Position numbers and translations under genes: made by a program
The notes under the pieces: generated by a model
Seen by the model: the letters and a program-made list of their open reading frames with translations, nothing else
Database searches by the model: none
Told to the model about the DNA's origin: nothing
Assembly (NCBI GenBank): GCA_965197905.1
Contig: CBDAOB010000004.1
Span: 800,001 to 864,000 of the forward strand
DNA from: Candidatus Latescibacterota bacterium
Lineage (GTDB): Bacteria; Latescibacterota; UBA2968; UBA8231
Length of the DNA: 64,000 nucleotides
Direction: 5' to 3'
In this document: positions 21,538 to 31,858 of the stretch, in pieces
Position numbering within the stretch: position 1 is the stretch's first letter
Layout: each line of letters opens with the position of its first letter

Positions 21538-23031
21538 AGTGGCCACAGGTTCGCCGTCCAAAGAAAGTGTCAGGCGATTGCCGCCTTTAACTGCGACCAG
21601 ATGGTGCCAGCCCGGGGGCAACTCGCAGTCCATGGTGGCGCTGTTGCCCGCTTCCATACAATGGACATGTCCAGAAGGCAACGTGCCTCCGAACAGCTTC
21701 CCCTGATATACCGCCATCGACCAGACGCGGCGGTATTCCACATCCGGTGTGTGGTCCAACTGGCCCACCAGAGCCCAATCGCCGACGCCATCGTAGCGGT
21801 AGACCTGGGCCAACGGCAGCGTGCCGCAATACAGCTTTCCGTTGTACACGGCCATGGACATGACTTCCTTCTCTTGCCCCATACGTCCGACGTTGCGCCA
21901 TTGCCTGTCGCCTTCATAACGCCAGACGGTGGCGCTCGGCCAGGTGCCGACGTGCATGTCGCCCTGGTAGAGTGCAATGGAATACGTCTGGACCTCGCCC
22001 GGCTGCTCACCGCAGTGCTCCCAGTCGGTCTGGCCCAGGTAGCGCCAGACGCCGGCGGTTCCTACACCGGTGACATTGCTGTTGGTCGTGAGGTAGAGGC
22101 TGCCGTTCCACACGCCCAGAGCCATCGACCCCTGCCCGCCGGGTAGGCCACAGGAGACCCACTTGTGGTCGTCCTCGAGCCGAAACACCTCGGGCTGGTA
22201 CATGCTCGTGCCATATAGCTGGCCGCGGAACACACCCAGGGCGTAGATATCATTCACCTTGCCCAGCTTGCCGCAGTCGGCCCAGTCGGTCCCACCCATG
22301 TACCGATGGACGCGTCCTCCCGGGTCGAGGTTGGGAGAATTCGGCTGCCTCGAGCCGTTGCCATAATGGCAAGCCGTGCCGGCGCACAGGTCGCCCTGAT
22401 GAACACACAAGGCCATCACCGCGTTGGACCCGTCCGGGCTGCCGCAGTCGATCCACCGGCCATCACCGTCATAGCGGTAGACATGGCCTGTGCGCTCGGC
22501 TCCGTACTCGTAGGTCCCAGCGTACAGGTGTCCATCGTGCACCGCCAGGGCACATACCATGACGGCCTCGCCCGGTCGTCCACAGTCTTGCCAGCTCGAG
22601 AGTCGGGCGTCGTCAATGCCGAAGTGCACGTGGCGGTAGTTGGCTGTTGTCGTGATCATCGAGGCGTTGTGCACAACGTTGAGGTTGAATCCCTTGCGGG
22701 CGTTCGGGTCGTACTTGCTGACGATGTCGCCGATGACATCATCCAGCTCAGCTTCGGTCTCGACCCATGCCGCGATAGAGAAATCGCCACTGCCTAGATC
22801 CAGAGAAGGGCTGTTGGGCACCTCGATGTACGCCCGTCGGCCATCGAAGCGAGCGGCCGTGTCCGGCCTGCTGCCCGGCCCTTGGGCGGCCAAGTCCGCG
22901 CCGCGAGCACTTCCGTGGTTGTCGTTTCCAGAGCAGTCTCGACAATCGCCGCGCAGCTTCCAGTGCCCCGCAAGACCGGCGTCCAGGCCGGGCGCTTCAA
23001 CAATACCCATTACTTCCTCCCCCATAGGCAA
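21382..23031 (-). CDS. LamG-like jellyroll split by a beta-propeller repeat region
   Basis: GDFSIAAWV, GWHHLVAV and DLRLYNRALS flank repeated WxDCG/LAVxxGxLY units. Confidence 0.8.
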   Translation of the reverse strand: MPMGEEVMGIVEAPGLDAGLAGHWKLRGDCRDCSGNDNHGSARGADLAAQGPGSRPDTAARFDGRRAYIEVPNSPSLDLGSGDFSIAAWVETEAELDDVIGDIVSKYDPNARKGFNLNVVHNASMITTTANYRHVHFGIDDARLSSWQDCGRPGEAVMVCALAVHDGHLYAGTYEYGAERTGHVYRYDGDGRWIDCGSPDGSNAVMALCVHQGDLCAGTACHYGNGSRQPNSPNLDPGGRVHRYMGGTDWADCGKLGKVNDIYALGVFRGQLYGTSMYQPEVFRLEDDHKWVSCGLPGGQGSMALGVWNGSLYLTTNSNVTGVGTAGVWRYLGQTDWEHCGEQPGEVQTYSIALYQGDMHVGTWPSATVWRYEGDRQWRNVGRMGQEKEVMSMAVYNGKLYCGTLPLAQVYRYDGVGDWALVGQLDHTPDVEYRRVWSMAVYQGKLFGGTLPSGHVHCMEAGNSATMDCELPPGWHHLVAVKGGNRLTLSLDGEPVATSTPFDPGQYDISNDKPLYIGFGAHDYFNGCLSDLRLYNRALSDSEVKALLK

Positions 23032-23107
23032 TTTCTACGGCCCCCGGATTCGATTTCGTACTGCCGGCCAATCCGCTGACCGAGTTCCATCAGCCGGGCG
23101 CACGCGC

Positions 23108-23493
23108 TCAAATCGGGCGGCCGAATTCAGTAAAACCTACGAGCACCCGCACGAAGAAAGTCCATGTATGGATATTGCGGTCGTCCAGAAACGGTGAGTC
23201 GTAGCTGATTTTGTCAGAGTTCAACCCTACAAGGGTTACGAGATCGTAGCCAAAGTACGGCGTGCGGTTGGTGAGAGAAACAAACGTCGTGTGCTGTTTG
23301 AAGCTGTTGCGGGCGGAGGTGTCGTCGCGGCGTCGATACGGCAGCGGTCCCAGACCTTGGATACCGACCCGTAGGTGGGTTCTGGCCAGCAGCGGATACT
23401 CGGCGCGCAGAATGGGCACGGAGCGCAGTGCGGAATATCACTTCCCTTGGCCGTACCACTCCAAATGGCCAAGACCAACAGCAGCCGGAGCAT
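23108..23493 (-). pseudogene. Collapsed gene: signal peptide joined out of frame to a C-terminal fragment
   Basis: MLRLLLVLAIWSGTAKG followed by an open frame of about 105 aa with a beta-strand pattern ending VRVLVGFTEFGRPI. Confidence 0.5.
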
Positions 23494-23498
23494 TATCG

Positions 23499-24239
23499 TT
23501 AAAAAGTCCTCGCGCAGCGAAAGCCAAAAGACGAGCTCCTGAAAGCGGGGCGGAATCTGTTGCGGCCCGCGGCGTGCAGGCCGTCCGGGCAGTTGTCCCA
23601 CGAACCACCCCGCAACACGCGGGATGTTCCCTCGGGCGGTCCCTGGGGATCGCACCGGGGACTTTCCGCATAATACTCCTCATCGTACCAATCCAGGCAC
23701 CACTCCCAAACATTGCCATGCATGTCGTATAGACCCCAGGCATTCGGTTGCTTGAGCCCAACTTCCTGGGGTTGGAATCCGCTGTTATCCCTGTACCATG
23801 CGTGCAACGCCAGCGCCTCTTCATCGTCGCCGAAACTGAAAACAGTCGTTGTTCCCGCCCGGCAGGCATATTCCCACTCTGCTTCTGTTGGCATTCGATA
23901 CTGTGGCCCGCCTTCGGCAGCGTTCAGTTTTTCCAGATACTCGGCAGCATCTTGCCATGAAACAGAGTCCACTGGACGGTTGGTACCTTCAGACCTCGAT
24001 GGATCGTTGTCCATCACCCCTTCCCAATGCGCCCGCGTCACCGGATACCGAGCCAAATAGAACCCCCGGTTGATCTCCACTTCGTGGACGGTCCTCTCGT
24101 CTCTATCGCCATCTTTTGAGCCCATCGTGAATCTACCAGGCGGGATGTAGACGAATTCCATCTCCACCCCGGGATAGACCTCCTCCTTCAACAGCAGATC
24201 CGCCCGCTTGCCGGTACCTGCACCTACGCGTTCGGACAT
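23499..24239 (-). CDS. FGE-sulfatase (SUMF1) domain protein
   Basis: RMPTEAEWEYACRAG, NAWGLYDMHGNVWEW, RGGSW, GFRC. The catalytic two-Cys motif is absent. Confidence 0.92.
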   Translation of the reverse strand: MSERVGAGTGKRADLLLKEEVYPGVEMEFVYIPPGRFTMGSKDGDRDERTVHEVEINRGFYLARYPVTRAHWEGVMDNDPSRSEGTNRPVDSVSWQDAAEYLEKLNAAEGGPQYRMPTEAEWEYACRAGTTTVFSFGDDEEALALHAWYRDNSGFQPQEVGLKQPNAWGLYDMHGNVWEWCLDWYDEEYYAESPRCDPQGPPEGTSRVLRGGSWDNCPDGLHAAGRNRFRPAFRSSSFGFRCARTF

Positions 24240-24317
24240 GGGACCTCCTCTTCCTGGCCATTGCTTTCACCTTGTGCCATCGATCCCCAGCTCTCGACGG
24301 ACCAGCCGCGTTCCTAG

Positions 24318-24475
24318 TGCGCTGTTAGATAGAAAGCCTTGAGTTTTCGGCGTTGAGGCTCCCGGCTGGCAAGGCGCGCGAGCGAGCCATATTGGTGGAA
24401 TATGGCGAATGAGCGCAACGCAAACAGCCGGGATGCATCGGCGACGAAATACAAGGATGGCTGTTTAACAGCGCG
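24318..24475. mobile_element. MITE-like hairpin element between duplicated CTAG
   Basis: CTAG at 24314-24317 and 24476-24479. TIRs TGCGCTGTTAGATAG / CGCGCTGTTAAACAG. Imperfect palindrome centred on GCCATATT-GGTGG-AATATGGC. Confidence 0.8.
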
Positions 24476-25579
24476 CTAGAGACCGATAACCTTTCGTCCG
24501 TCCAATAACCACTCCTCCTCAAAGCGCACCTCTGCGATGCACTCGCGTTGATAGGTGTACATGGCCCTCCAGACACCGTCCCTGGTCTGGTGCAACTTGG
24601 GATAGCTGAACTCACCTATTTCGGTCTCGATGTCCCGGGTCCTGAATGTGGCGCCCTCGTCTTCTGAGATCCCCAGCGTCAGGGGCGTGCGGAGCTGGTG
24701 GCTATCGTTGTATAGAATGAGCAGACGACCGCTCTGGCCCACGGCTATGTCCACGCTGCTATGGTTGTTGCGCAGATTGGTGAGCGCTGGATGGGAAAAG
24801 GTCCGTCCACCATCCGACGATTCGGACCGCCATACAAACCCGCCAATGCCGGCGTAGCGCATATAGCAGAGCCAGCGCCCGTCTGGGAGTTGGGCCAGCG
24901 CGGGTTCTAGGCACCCCGGAGCCTCATACAGATCTGTAAGGTTGCTGACAGCGGTGACGCCGTCTCCTGCCACCGTGAGAATACCGCTGCACCACCCATG
25001 AGGGGGCCTCGAGGTGTAGGAAATCAGCCAGCCGCCGGCCGGCCCCTGGGCGGTATCACGCGGCAAGGGTTGCCCGTGGAAGAGACCGGACTGGTCTACG
25101 AATCCATCCCGTCCGGAGAGACACTCGAGGTCAACCGCTGTCCTGCCTTCCAGGCGAAACCGGAAGGGACGGAATTCCGGCCCCCTGCCCCACACCTTGC
25201 TGTAGGTGATAGAGGATGAAGCGCTGTTCACACCGGCATCACCGGTTACCGCTCCCCATTGCCTGTCCGAGAGTCTGAACCCGCTCAAGGGAGAAGCCCA
25301 GGTATAGACTACGGTGGCGCCGTCCTCCGTTTCGATAGGACACGTTTGCTCCGGTAACCAGTAGTCGTCCTCGTACTGGAACATCCTCAAGGTAACAAAA
25401 GGCTCTGACCACTCACCGGTCGCGGAGTCCAGCATGGATGCCACGGCAACCTGGTCCTCGAAACCTTCATGCGTGCCGGTAAACCAGGTGGACAAAAGTC
25501 GTCCATCGCTGTATTCCAGGAGGTTGACGCTGTGCGCCCGCGGTCGTATGACGGGCAGGAATTGCTTTGTGGGTTCCAT
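24476..25579 (-). CDS. Sialidase-family (BNR/Asp-box) protein
   Basis: Asp boxes SSDGGRTF and SEDEGATF, CLEP, FSYP. Confidence 0.82.
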   Translation of the reverse strand: MEPTKQFLPVIRPRAHSVNLLEYSDGRLLSTWFTGTHEGFEDQVAVASMLDSATGEWSEPFVTLRMFQYEDDYWLPEQTCPIETEDGATVVYTWASPLSGFRLSDRQWGAVTGDAGVNSASSSITYSKVWGRGPEFRPFRFRLEGRTAVDLECLSGRDGFVDQSGLFHGQPLPRDTAQGPAGGWLISYTSRPPHGWCSGILTVAGDGVTAVSNLTDLYEAPGCLEPALAQLPDGRWLCYMRYAGIGGFVWRSESSDGGRTFSHPALTNLRNNHSSVDIAVGQSGRLLILYNDSHQLRTPLTLGISEDEGATFRTRDIETEIGEFSYPKLHQTRDGVWRAMYTYQRECIAEVRFEEEWLLDGRKVIGL

Positions 25580-25617
25580 TGGCTAAACCTCCTCTATGTC
25601 GGCGACACCCCACCCTC

Positions 25618-27160
25618 TCATTCGAACCAGTAGGAATACAGGTGTCCGTTGCGCAGCGAGAATCGCAGGCTCGTTGGTCCGCGAAGAGCGTCGATCCCAC
25701 CTTCGACCCACGTTACTTCCGCCCGCAACAGGTCGCCCTTGATCGGGTAGGAGCGGGCGACCGAACGGTCAGCGTCGAGAACTTCCACCCGCAGCTCTCC
25801 GTCCGGGGCGTCCACGTTTACGAATAGGCGCGAAGCGTTCAGTTCGAACGGCAATGTGCGGACACTGCCCTCGGTTTCTCCCGCTTCCAGCGAAACGAAG
25901 CCGTCCCGCCGCAGCACCGCCAGGCAGATGCCACCCTTGTCGGGCCGGTAATCGTCGTACCCCGGCTTCTCCCCCGCCGTAATGAAGCCGTATCCCTTCA
26001 CGCCGGTGTAGTAGAACCACAACTCGTCGTCGCGCACGACGACGTCGGCCGGTCCGATGATGGTCTGCAGGTCGTGGTCGCCGGCGCCGAGCCGAGTTCT
26101 CCAGCCACGGTTGGCGGTCACCGAGGCGCGTCCAGTGATACAGGTCGCGGCTGCTGGCCAGTTGCAGCTCGTAAAACCAGGTGTAATCGCCGTGCGTGTG
26201 GACCAGCTCTTTCACGGCCGGCGACAGGTTCATCTCGTCGAACCCCGGCCAGTCCTTCGGAACGCTGCCGGTGTGGTAGGAAAAGGCCGGCACACCGATG
26301 TAGTGGGATTCGTAGCGAAAGATGTTCATATGATACACTTCGGCGCGGTAGGTTTCCGGGACGTTGTATTCGGGAGTTAGCCGCGTCTTGTCGGCCAAAC
26401 GCGCCGCAATCCGCCTCGGCGCCACCTCCTGGTCCTGTTCATCCGCGCAGAACACCAGCTTTGGTTCGGTCCAGGTCTCGAAGTCGGTGCTGGTCGACAG
26501 GTACACCGAACGGTAACCGAACGTGGGGTCGCTGAACTTCACATAGTGGATGAACAGACCTTCCCGTTCGTCGAAGGAGAGACCCCATTCGTCGTAGCTG
26601 GCAATGCCAGGTGAAGAGCTTTCGGTCCAGTGAATCCCGTCGGGAGAAACCGCAAAACCTCCGGTGCACTCGGTGTGCCAATCGCAACCGTGCCAGCAAT
26701 CCGGGATGGAGGCCTTGAACCGGCGCCCCGGATCGGGATCGGTTTTGTCGTAGACGACACAATCCGTTCGCGCGTAGCGACCGCTGACCTTGGCGGTTAC
26801 GAAATTGTTCTCTTGCGACCCACCGTAGTCCACTTCGCCAACCACCGGCAGGTACCAATTCAGCCCGTCTTTGCTCTCGTAATAACCGCTGAAGTCACCC
26901 TGAACGGTAATGTGAGGTGGGGCCGGCGCCACGCCCATGACCCAGAGTTTGTACACCTCCTTCTCCGGGTCCCAGATCGGAGCACTACGGGTCTGGATAG
27001 CGCAGCCGGGGTGCTTGAGGTAGTCGCCTCGTATGACTGTCCCCTTCTTTTGCGGGCAGGGCATACGGTGGGTCAGATTTTCGATCTCGGCGACGCCGGC
27101 GGTATCCAGAAACAGCTGCCGTTCGCTGGCGCGCACCTCGAGCGCGTGGCTTGTTGTCAT
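25618..27160 (-). CDS. Family P GH-like beta-propeller protein, frameshift near 26095
   Basis: RQLFLD, ESKDGLNW, DPGRRFK, LRRDGFVSL and LYSYWFE, spread over two ORFs. Confidence 0.8.
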
Positions 27161-27206
27161 GTCCGTACCTAACGTGGGAGCAAAGCCACGGGCTCTAATT
27201 AGGAAA

Positions 27207-28706
27207 TCAGATGCCCATGGCGAACAATTGGGCTTTTGCCAGCTGAAAGCGCATCGAGACCTCGCGATCCTTCAGCTCTGAAAGGTCGCCGCTGCCCTTC
27301 CAGGTCACCTGGCGGCAGAGCTCGTCGCCGCTGAGAACGTCGCACTCGTCAGCGCTATGACCCGGCAACTCAGGCATCGGCTGCGGGGGCGTTTGCGGTT
27401 TCTCGACCAGTGCCACCCGGATCCATCCTCCGGGCTCCGTTCGGTAGTTTATGAACAACCCTTTACCGCTGCAGACCCGCTCGACGGTGGTAAACCGACC
27501 TTCGTCGCACGCTTCGAGCGCCACCAGGCGGTTCGGTTTCCACAACGCCCAGAGGTATTCGCCGTCGGGGTCGTGTCTCGGGTAGCCGCCCCAGTCGTGC
27601 AGTCGGTGGACGCCAAGGCAACCGAGGGCCCAGTCATCGCCAAGGGGAACCAGCTCCGGGCTGGCAGAGATGCTGGCGTAGGCGCCCTCCGCCGCGTCGC
27701 GGGTGATGATGGGCCGCCGCTCGGGCCGGATCCAGTTCCAGCCGTCGCGGCTACTGGCGAACTGCACGTCGAGGGTGGCCGGAAGACGGTGAAACATCTT
27801 TGGGAACATCAGCCGCCGACCGCTGCCCGGAGCGCGGCAGTAGCACGAGTTGTACACATCCTGGCTCGGTGGATCGTCGGCATCGGCCATGAGCACCATT
27901 CTCGCTTCCCCCCAGCCACCGAATTTCGGACCTCCGGTGCGACGCACGCAGCGCCGGCGCTCCACGTGGCCGCGCAGGTAGGCCACATACTCGCCGGTGT
28001 CGGTATCGAAGGCAGCGATGTTCTGGGTGTCGAGCATTGTCTTGCCGGCATCGAACAACGGCTCGTCGAGAACGGTCCAGTGGAGGCCATCGGCAGAGAT
28101 CGCGCCCCGCAGGCTCAAGCGGACCTCGGCGGCGGCGGCGATCTCGGCCGGGGAGTGTCCGTCCAGGAGCATCGTATCTCGAAGCTCACGGATCTCGGCC
28201 CGGTTCTGCTGGCTGGCAGGAATCTGAATGCCGTTGCGAAAAAGGCGGGGACTGGCATCCACCGCTTTGTAGTGCGCGTCCGGCGGCGCCTGCGGATCGA
28301 TGAAGACCGACTGGAAACCGAAATCGTCTTCGCGACAGATGATGTTGTTGGCGGTGGAACCACTAAACTCGAACAACCCCAGGTCGGGACGGACCCAGTG
28401 GTAGCCATCTTCACTCTCAGCATAGCAGGAGAAATGCTCGTCGCGATCATCGGAAGCACGCCCGGCGTACCACATGCGATAACGGTCGCCATCGGCCAGT
28501 ATGGTCAGCTTGTTCAGGGTATGCTGCTCCCACGGTTGCTCGCGCCGGAAGAAGACGGCTGACTTGCGCGCTTCCTGTACCCTCAGGCGCACACCCACAG
28601 GTGGATCCTCGAAGAAGCTGTAACCGTCTTCGTCGCGACCCGATTGCCCCGGCCAGATGCCGTACCAGTCCAGAAACGGCTCCATGGTTGGTGTTGTCGT
28701 CGCCAC
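27207..28706 (-). CDS. Family P GH-like beta-propeller protein
   Basis: YAESEDGYHWVRPDLG, SADGLHW, SRDGWNW; tail RFQLAKAQLFAM. Confidence 0.82.
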   Translation of the reverse strand: MATTTPTMEPFLDWYGIWPGQSGRDEDGYSFFEDPPVGVRLRVQEARKSAVFFRREQPWEQHTLNKLTILADGDRYRMWYAGRASDDRDEHFSCYAESEDGYHWVRPDLGLFEFSGSTANNIICREDDFGFQSVFIDPQAPPDAHYKAVDASPRLFRNGIQIPASQQNRAEIRELRDTMLLDGHSPAEIAAAAEVRLSLRGAISADGLHWTVLDEPLFDAGKTMLDTQNIAAFDTDTGEYVAYLRGHVERRRCVRRTGGPKFGGWGEARMVLMADADDPPSQDVYNSCYCRAPGSGRRLMFPKMFHRLPATLDVQFASSRDGWNWIRPERRPIITRDAAEGAYASISASPELVPLGDDWALGCLGVHRLHDWGGYPRHDPDGEYLWALWKPNRLVALEACDEGRFTTVERVCSGKGLFINYRTEPGGWIRVALVEKPQTPPQPMPELPGHSADECDVLSGDELCRQVTWKGSGDLSELKDREVSMRFQLAKAQLFAMGI

Positions 28707-29318
28707 TCAATCCGCTCCCTCGGCTACCTCTCTCACGTTTGCCGGGTTGGCAGGGTCGACATCGAAGAACCGCCACCAGACTCGCTCGTCCCCTGTAGCA
28801 CGCCATTGGCGGAACTGGGCGCCCGCCAACTGCTCCCGTTTGTGGTCATCGCTCAGCCACATCCAGACCCGATCATGAACGCCACGGCGCACACCGGCCA
28901 TGCCGCAAACAGCGCTTCGACCTGTGGCCGATCTGCCGCGAGCGATTTCATGGTCGCCTCGAAGCTGTTCTGCACGCGCGCTGAGTGGACCGGATCGTCG
29001 CCCCGCACTCGTCTCAGCGCCGCGGCGATTACCGCCTCGGGTGGGTCGCTTGATCGTTTGCCCTCCTCCTCCCCCGCCGGAGTAAAGCTTCAGAGCGTGC
29101 ACCTCGGCGAGCTCCTTTACGATGAAGGCGGCGCTGCAAGCAGAGAACTTGCCGAGGTAGTCCAGTAGTCTGGCGCGCTCGGCCGGCTCCAGATTGGCCA
29201 GCACGAGGTCGGCACTGCGCTGGAGAACCTCACGCCATTCAGGGTCGACCGTGGCCCGATCCAGGTACTCGGCCCGAGCTGCTGCGTAGTTGGTATCGTT
29301 CTCCATCTCGGCGTTCAT
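28707..29318 (-). CDS. Hypothetical protein, possibly with an internal out-of-frame stretch
   Basis: Protein-like N- and C-termini with a low-complexity Gly/Arg middle. Confidence 0.45.
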   Translation of the reverse strand: MNAEMENDTNYAAARAEYLDRATVDPEWREVLQRSADLVLANLEPAERARLLDYLGKFSACSAAFIVKELAEVHALKLYSGGGGGGQTIKRPTRGGNRRGAETSAGRRSGPLSARAEQLRGDHEIARGRSATGRSAVCGMAGVRRGVHDRVWMWLSDDHKREQLAGAQFRQWRATGDERVWWRFFDVDPANPANVREVAEGAD

Positions 29319-29402
29319 TCGACCAGTAGGAGTAATGGCGCAGGGAAGATATGAAGCGGTAGGAACTGAGGCGAATACAGATAGGACGGAGTGTTCGGGC
29401 TG

Positions 29403-29775
29403 CGCTCAGCCGAACGAAGGCGCGACCCAGTCGTGTCCTACGCCGCTTTGGAAATCGCGGTATTCGCTGAGGATGTCGTCGCGGCTGATAAACTGCTTGT
29501 ACAGCAGCCGACCGTTCACGATCCTTCTGAGTTTGCGGCAGGATCGTCGGTGTACAGAAAGAACCCCCACGCCGGGTTGCGGTCGGAGCGATTCTCCACA
29601 AATCCTCCTCCGCCCATTCCGTGACATACCACTACGCCCTGCGGGCGTTCGAACATGATAGCGAAGGCCATGTCGCCGCGACGACCGAGAAACATCGGGA
29701 CGGTGTAGCGAATCGGCGCCCGCGACGTGTAGAGGCCGTGGTCATGTTGGCCGAACTCCAGGTCGTAGGGATCCT
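29403..29775 (-). pseudogene. Diverged duplicate of the 3' end of gene 14064-14960
   Basis: Direct repeat of 14061-14434 with substitutions and small indels. Confidence 0.92.
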
Positions 29776-29787
29776 AAAAAAAAGACC

Positions 29788-29846
29788 TTGACAGAGGTGG
29801 AGTGGTCTTGTATACTTAACGATGTTAATAAACTTAACTATGTAAA
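29788..29846 (+). promoter_or_regulatory. Sigma70 promoter with two putative TetR operators
   Basis: TTGACA-17 bp-TATACT, then TTAACgatGTTAA (29816-29828) and TTAACtatGTAAA (29834-29846). Confidence 0.8.
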
Positions 29847-29858
29847 TTACCCGAATAA

Positions 29859-30464
29859 ATGAGTATTCAAGCACGGAAAGAAAAGGAAAAAGAGGCATTG
29901 CGGCAGAAAATTCTCGCTGCCGCCCGCGAGCTGTTCGTCAATGAAGGCTACGAGAACGTCTCCATGCGAAAAGTCGCCCGCAAGATCGAGTACTCACCGA
30001 CGACGATCTATCTCTATTTCAAAAACAAGGCAGAGCTTCTGGATTCCATTTGCGACGAAACGCACGCAAACTTGCTGAACACGCTTGAAACGCTCTTTCA
30101 AGATCGGAGCGATCCTGTCGAAACCTTGCGAAAATGTGCACGAGCCTATACCGAGTTTGGCCTGAAACATCCGGAGGATTACAAACTGACGATCATCCTC
30201 CGTCCCCAGTACCAAAAGGGCTTAGGCCTGGCAGAAGGCTCCCACGCCACAAAGATGTTCAACTTCCTGCATGCGGTGGTCAGAGAATGTGTTCAACGGA
30301 AGAAATTTCGCCACGTAGATATCGTAACCACCAGTCAGGCGGTGTGGTCGGCGGTTCACGGCGTCACATCGCTGCTCATTGCTTATCCAGATTTTCCCTG
30401 GGTGGATAGAGATAAGTTGATCACCCAGGTGATTGACACCACGATCGAAGGCTTGAAGGCATAG
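29859..30464 (+). CDS. TetR/AcrR family regulator (WHG-type C-terminus)
   Basis: ILAAARELF...SPTTIYLYFKNK; WSAVHG. Confidence 0.95.
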   Translation: MSIQARKEKEKEALRQKILAAARELFVNEGYENVSMRKVARKIEYSPTTIYLYFKNKAELLDSICDETHANLLNTLETLFQDRSDPVETLRKCARAYTEFGLKHPEDYKLTIILRPQYQKGLGLAEGSHATKMFNFLHAVVRECVQRKKFRHVDIVTTSQAVWSAVHGVTSLLIAYPDFPWVDRDKLITQVIDTTIEGLKA

Positions 30465-30495
30465 GTTACAATCAAAAAATAGAAACGAGATAGCA

Positions 30496-31681
30496 ATGAC
30501 GATTACAGCACAAGAATACCAGAGTCGAATGGAGTGCTTGCAGCATAAAGTTGCTGAACACGGCCTCAACGCCTTCCTGGTCTCAAGCGAAGAGAGTATC
30601 TACTACCTAACAGGGGTTTCCTATCGTCCTTTTGAAAGGCCCTTCTTCATCGTTGTCCGGCCGGAAGCAGATGTAAAACTTCTGGTGCCCACGCTTGAAA
30701 AGGACCATCTCCAAGAGGCACCTAATGTGAGCGAGGTAGAATCATACTGGGATTACCCGTCACCACCTGAGCAGGGTTGGACAGAGCGACTCCTTGATAT
30801 GATGAGCGGCGACTCAAATCTGGGCGTTGAACCGAGCTTACCCCAAGAAATATCTGGATGTCTTACAGACCATTGTCCCCAGATTCTGGCACTGGTGGAG
30901 GAATTGCGGCTTACTAAGTCGCCAGCAGAGGTTGAGATGGTGCGCCAGGCAGCACGTTATGCCGATCTGGGCATGGAAAAGGTGATCAGTGCATCGTATT
31001 ACGGGGTCTCTGAGCTGGAACTGTTTGCACAGAGTCGAGCTGTGCAGATGCAGATTTTGAAAGAAACCAACTATGACGTCCTCACAACCAGTGTTCTTGT
31101 TGGCGCCTGGCCAGCCCCCTTGAGTGCGCAACCCCACGGAGTACCATCGCTAGATGACCGTCTCAAAGAAGGTCCTCATATTGCCCTGGCTTTGTTACGC
31201 GTCAATGGCTATGCCGCCGAGTGTGAACGTACCTACTTTCTCTCTCAGCCAGACGCAGAAGTGAAAGAAGCCTTTAACGTTGTGCAAGAGGCCCGAAGTC
31301 GAGCGTTTGCTCTGGTACGACCCGGTGTCAGATGTGCTGAAGTTGATGCTGCTGCCAATGGATTTCTTCGGGAAAGGGGATATGGCGATTATCTATTGCA
31401 TCGAACCGGTCACGGCTTCGGGTTGGGAAATCACGAGGGACCCTGGGTGGCCGAAGGGAGTGAAGCAGTTCTCGAAGAAAACATGCTCATCAGCGTTGAG
31501 CCCGGCATCTATCTGCCCGGAACTGGTGGCCTGCGGCTCTGACACCGTTCTGGTGACTGGGAATGGTTACGAACTCCTGACACAATATCCGACTGATCTA
31601 GAGACGCTAACCATTCAGTCCTACAAACCACTCGGCCGTCTTAGTGGCGTAGTGAAACGCCGGGCAGTGGGTATGACGTAG
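30496..31681 (+). CDS. M24 Xaa-Pro peptidase family, frameshift near 31535
   Basis: HRTGHGFG and SVEPGIY; continues as SDTVLVT in another frame. Confidence 0.88.
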
Positions 31682-31723
31682 GGCTAGAGACTACCTTGAG
31701 GCTATTTTTTTTGGCCCGAATGG

Positions 31724-31736
31724 TTAACACTGTTAA
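31724..31736. promoter_or_regulatory. Third putative TetR operator
   Basis: TTAACactGTTAA, the same palindrome as at 29816, upstream of the M20 gene. Confidence 0.65.
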
Positions 31737-31858
31737 GTTGCACGGACGTGGGATCGAATTTGCGAAGTTTGTCGGTACGATTCGTAACATCCACGATGAG
31801 CAGGTGATCGTAGTTTTCCCGCTCATGGGAAACAAGCAAACATTCGGAGAGTAGACCT

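Noticed and set aside
23499..24239. FGE-sulfatase gene as a diversity-generating retroelement target
   Set aside because: No reverse transcriptase in the window and no second copy of its 3' end.
14061..29775. 3'-end repeats (also 60519-60635) as DGR template/variable pairs
   Set aside because: Differences include indels and non-adenine changes, and no RT is present.
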